Under the pieces are notes generated by a model. It had not been told where the DNA came from and searched no databases. It saw nothing but the letters and a program-made list of their open reading frames with translations. Shown here in pieces: positions 63,286 to 64,000 of a stretch of DNA of 64,000 nucleotides. The position numbers and the translations under genes are program-made. Source of the DNA: Dehalococcoidia bacterium (GTDB lineage Bacteria > Chloroflexota > Dehalococcoidia > Lucifugimonadales > Lucifugimonadaceae); assembly GCA_965243825.1 (NCBI GenBank), contig CBDEVT010000002.1, positions 107,226 to 171,225 on the forward strand, given 5' to 3'. How positions within the stretch are numbered: position 1 is the first letter of the stretch; each line of letters opens with the position of its first letter.

Positions 63286-64000
63286 GACTATCTTCACCTG
63301 CAAGTGTGGCTCAGTCCGCCGCCGCGTCCAGCGTTCGTGGCCGAGGGGTATACAGATCCTGGCGCGATCGCTTCTTCTTTGCTCTTTTTCTGGCGTCCGT
63401 CGTGATTGGCGTGGCAGGTCTGGTTACGCTGCTGCTAAACGTCGTGGTAGATGCCTGGGGCTGGCTCGACTGGCAGTTCATCAATAGTTACGCCTCTCGC
63501 AGACCCGAGCGTGCAGGAATTTTCGCTCCGCTGATCGGTACTGCATGGGTGATCGTGACAACTGCAGCGTTCACGATCCCACTCGGAGTCGGAACGGCTG
63601 TGTATCTGGAAGAGTTCGCCGGAGAGAGCAGATTCAGCAGGCTGGTGCAACTTAATATTGCGAACCTCGCCGGTGTTCCGTCGATCGTGTACGGAATACT
63701 GGGGCTCGGCATTTTCGTTCTCCTGATGAACATGGGAAGGAGCGTTCTGGCAGGTGGTCTGACGCTGACGCTACTTGTCTTGCCTATCGTTATCATCGCC
63801 ACGCAGGAGTCGATCCGGGCCGTTCCTCCAAGCTATCGTGATGCCGCGTTTGCAATGGGAGCCACGCGGTGGCAGGTGGTCAAGGGCATTGTTCTGCCGC
63901 AGGCGATTCCGGGCATTATGAGCGGTGTGATCCTTGCACTATCACGTGCGATCGGTGAAGCTGCACCGATCCTGATGATTAGCGGGATCGTGTTCATCAC
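63282..64000 (+). CDS. pstA: Phosphate ABC transporter permease (partial; runs off the window end)
   Basis: Open frame from ATG 63282 to the window end, absent from the ORF track because it has no stop. 'MRLSSPAS...[18 protein letters not shown]...[25 protein letters not shown]'. Confidence 0.9.
   Translation, partial: MRLSSPASVAQSAAASSVRGRGVYRSWRDRFFFALFLASVVIGVAGLVTLLLNVVVDAWGWLDWQFINSYASRRPERAGIFAPLIGTAWVIVTTAAFTIPLGVGTAVYLEEFAGESRFSRLVQLNIANLAGVPSIVYGILGLGIFVLLMNMGRSVLAGGLTLTLLVLPIVIIATQESIRAVPPSYRDAAFAMGATRWQVVKGIVLPQAIPGIMSGVILALSRAIGEAAPILMISGIVFI

Overview
This is a 64-kb chromosomal window of roughly 55% GC with dense coding on both strands. By eye I found no rRNA, tRNA, CRISPR array, transposase or integrase.

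Gene content, left to right:
- Three large surface-protein genes (465-8893).
- Cobalamin lower-ligand genes cobT-cobS-cobU, converging on a BtuCFD-type importer operon. That operon is controlled by a cobalamin riboswitch and also carries a truncated cbiB remnant.
- A P-type ATPase and a run of housekeeping or redox genes: GarR-like dehydrogenase, HAD hydrolase, ferredoxin-NADP reductase, ACT-malic enzyme, DAO-type oxidase, SprT, DinB and VOC.
- A PyrR-attenuated pyrR-pyrB-pyrC-carA-carB operon.
- A methyltransferase and an SDR.
- A degenerate FtsZ paralog, divergent from an MmcB-like nuclease.
- A glycine-rich beta-helix lipoprotein.
- A complete F1Fo operon (atpZ-B-E-F-H-A-G-D-C).
- A four-gene cassette: candidate selenoprotein, Tes/MJ0619-family radical SAM, SRPBCC and ArsM-like methyltransferase.
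- plsY, an MBL hydrolase, a zinc-ribbon protein, an M28 peptidase and a Gfo/Idh/MocA oxidoreductase.
- A ChlI-like AAA+ / VWA pair.
- A Pho-type two-component system followed by pstC and a partial pstA.

Lipobox-like signals, Pro/Thr linkers, PyrR attenuation and a Cheo-type SOS box suggest a monoderm Terrabacteria lineage, possibly Chloroflexota. That is inference only.

Most notable observations:
- An in-frame UGA with an fdhF-like SECIS hairpin, in a small HesB/IscA-like ORF at the head of the radical-SAM / SRPBCC / ArsM-like cassette.
- An FtsZ homolog that has lost the tubulin G-box and sits next to a putative LexA box.
- A cohesin / dockerin / FG-GAP surface module with GlyGly-CTERM-like anchors.
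- An insertion of about 145 aa in ATP synthase subunit a.
- A cbiB fragment and an ABC ATPase fusion inside the B12 import operon.

Several N-termini in the six-frame ORF track are over-extended; the corrected starts are given in the features.
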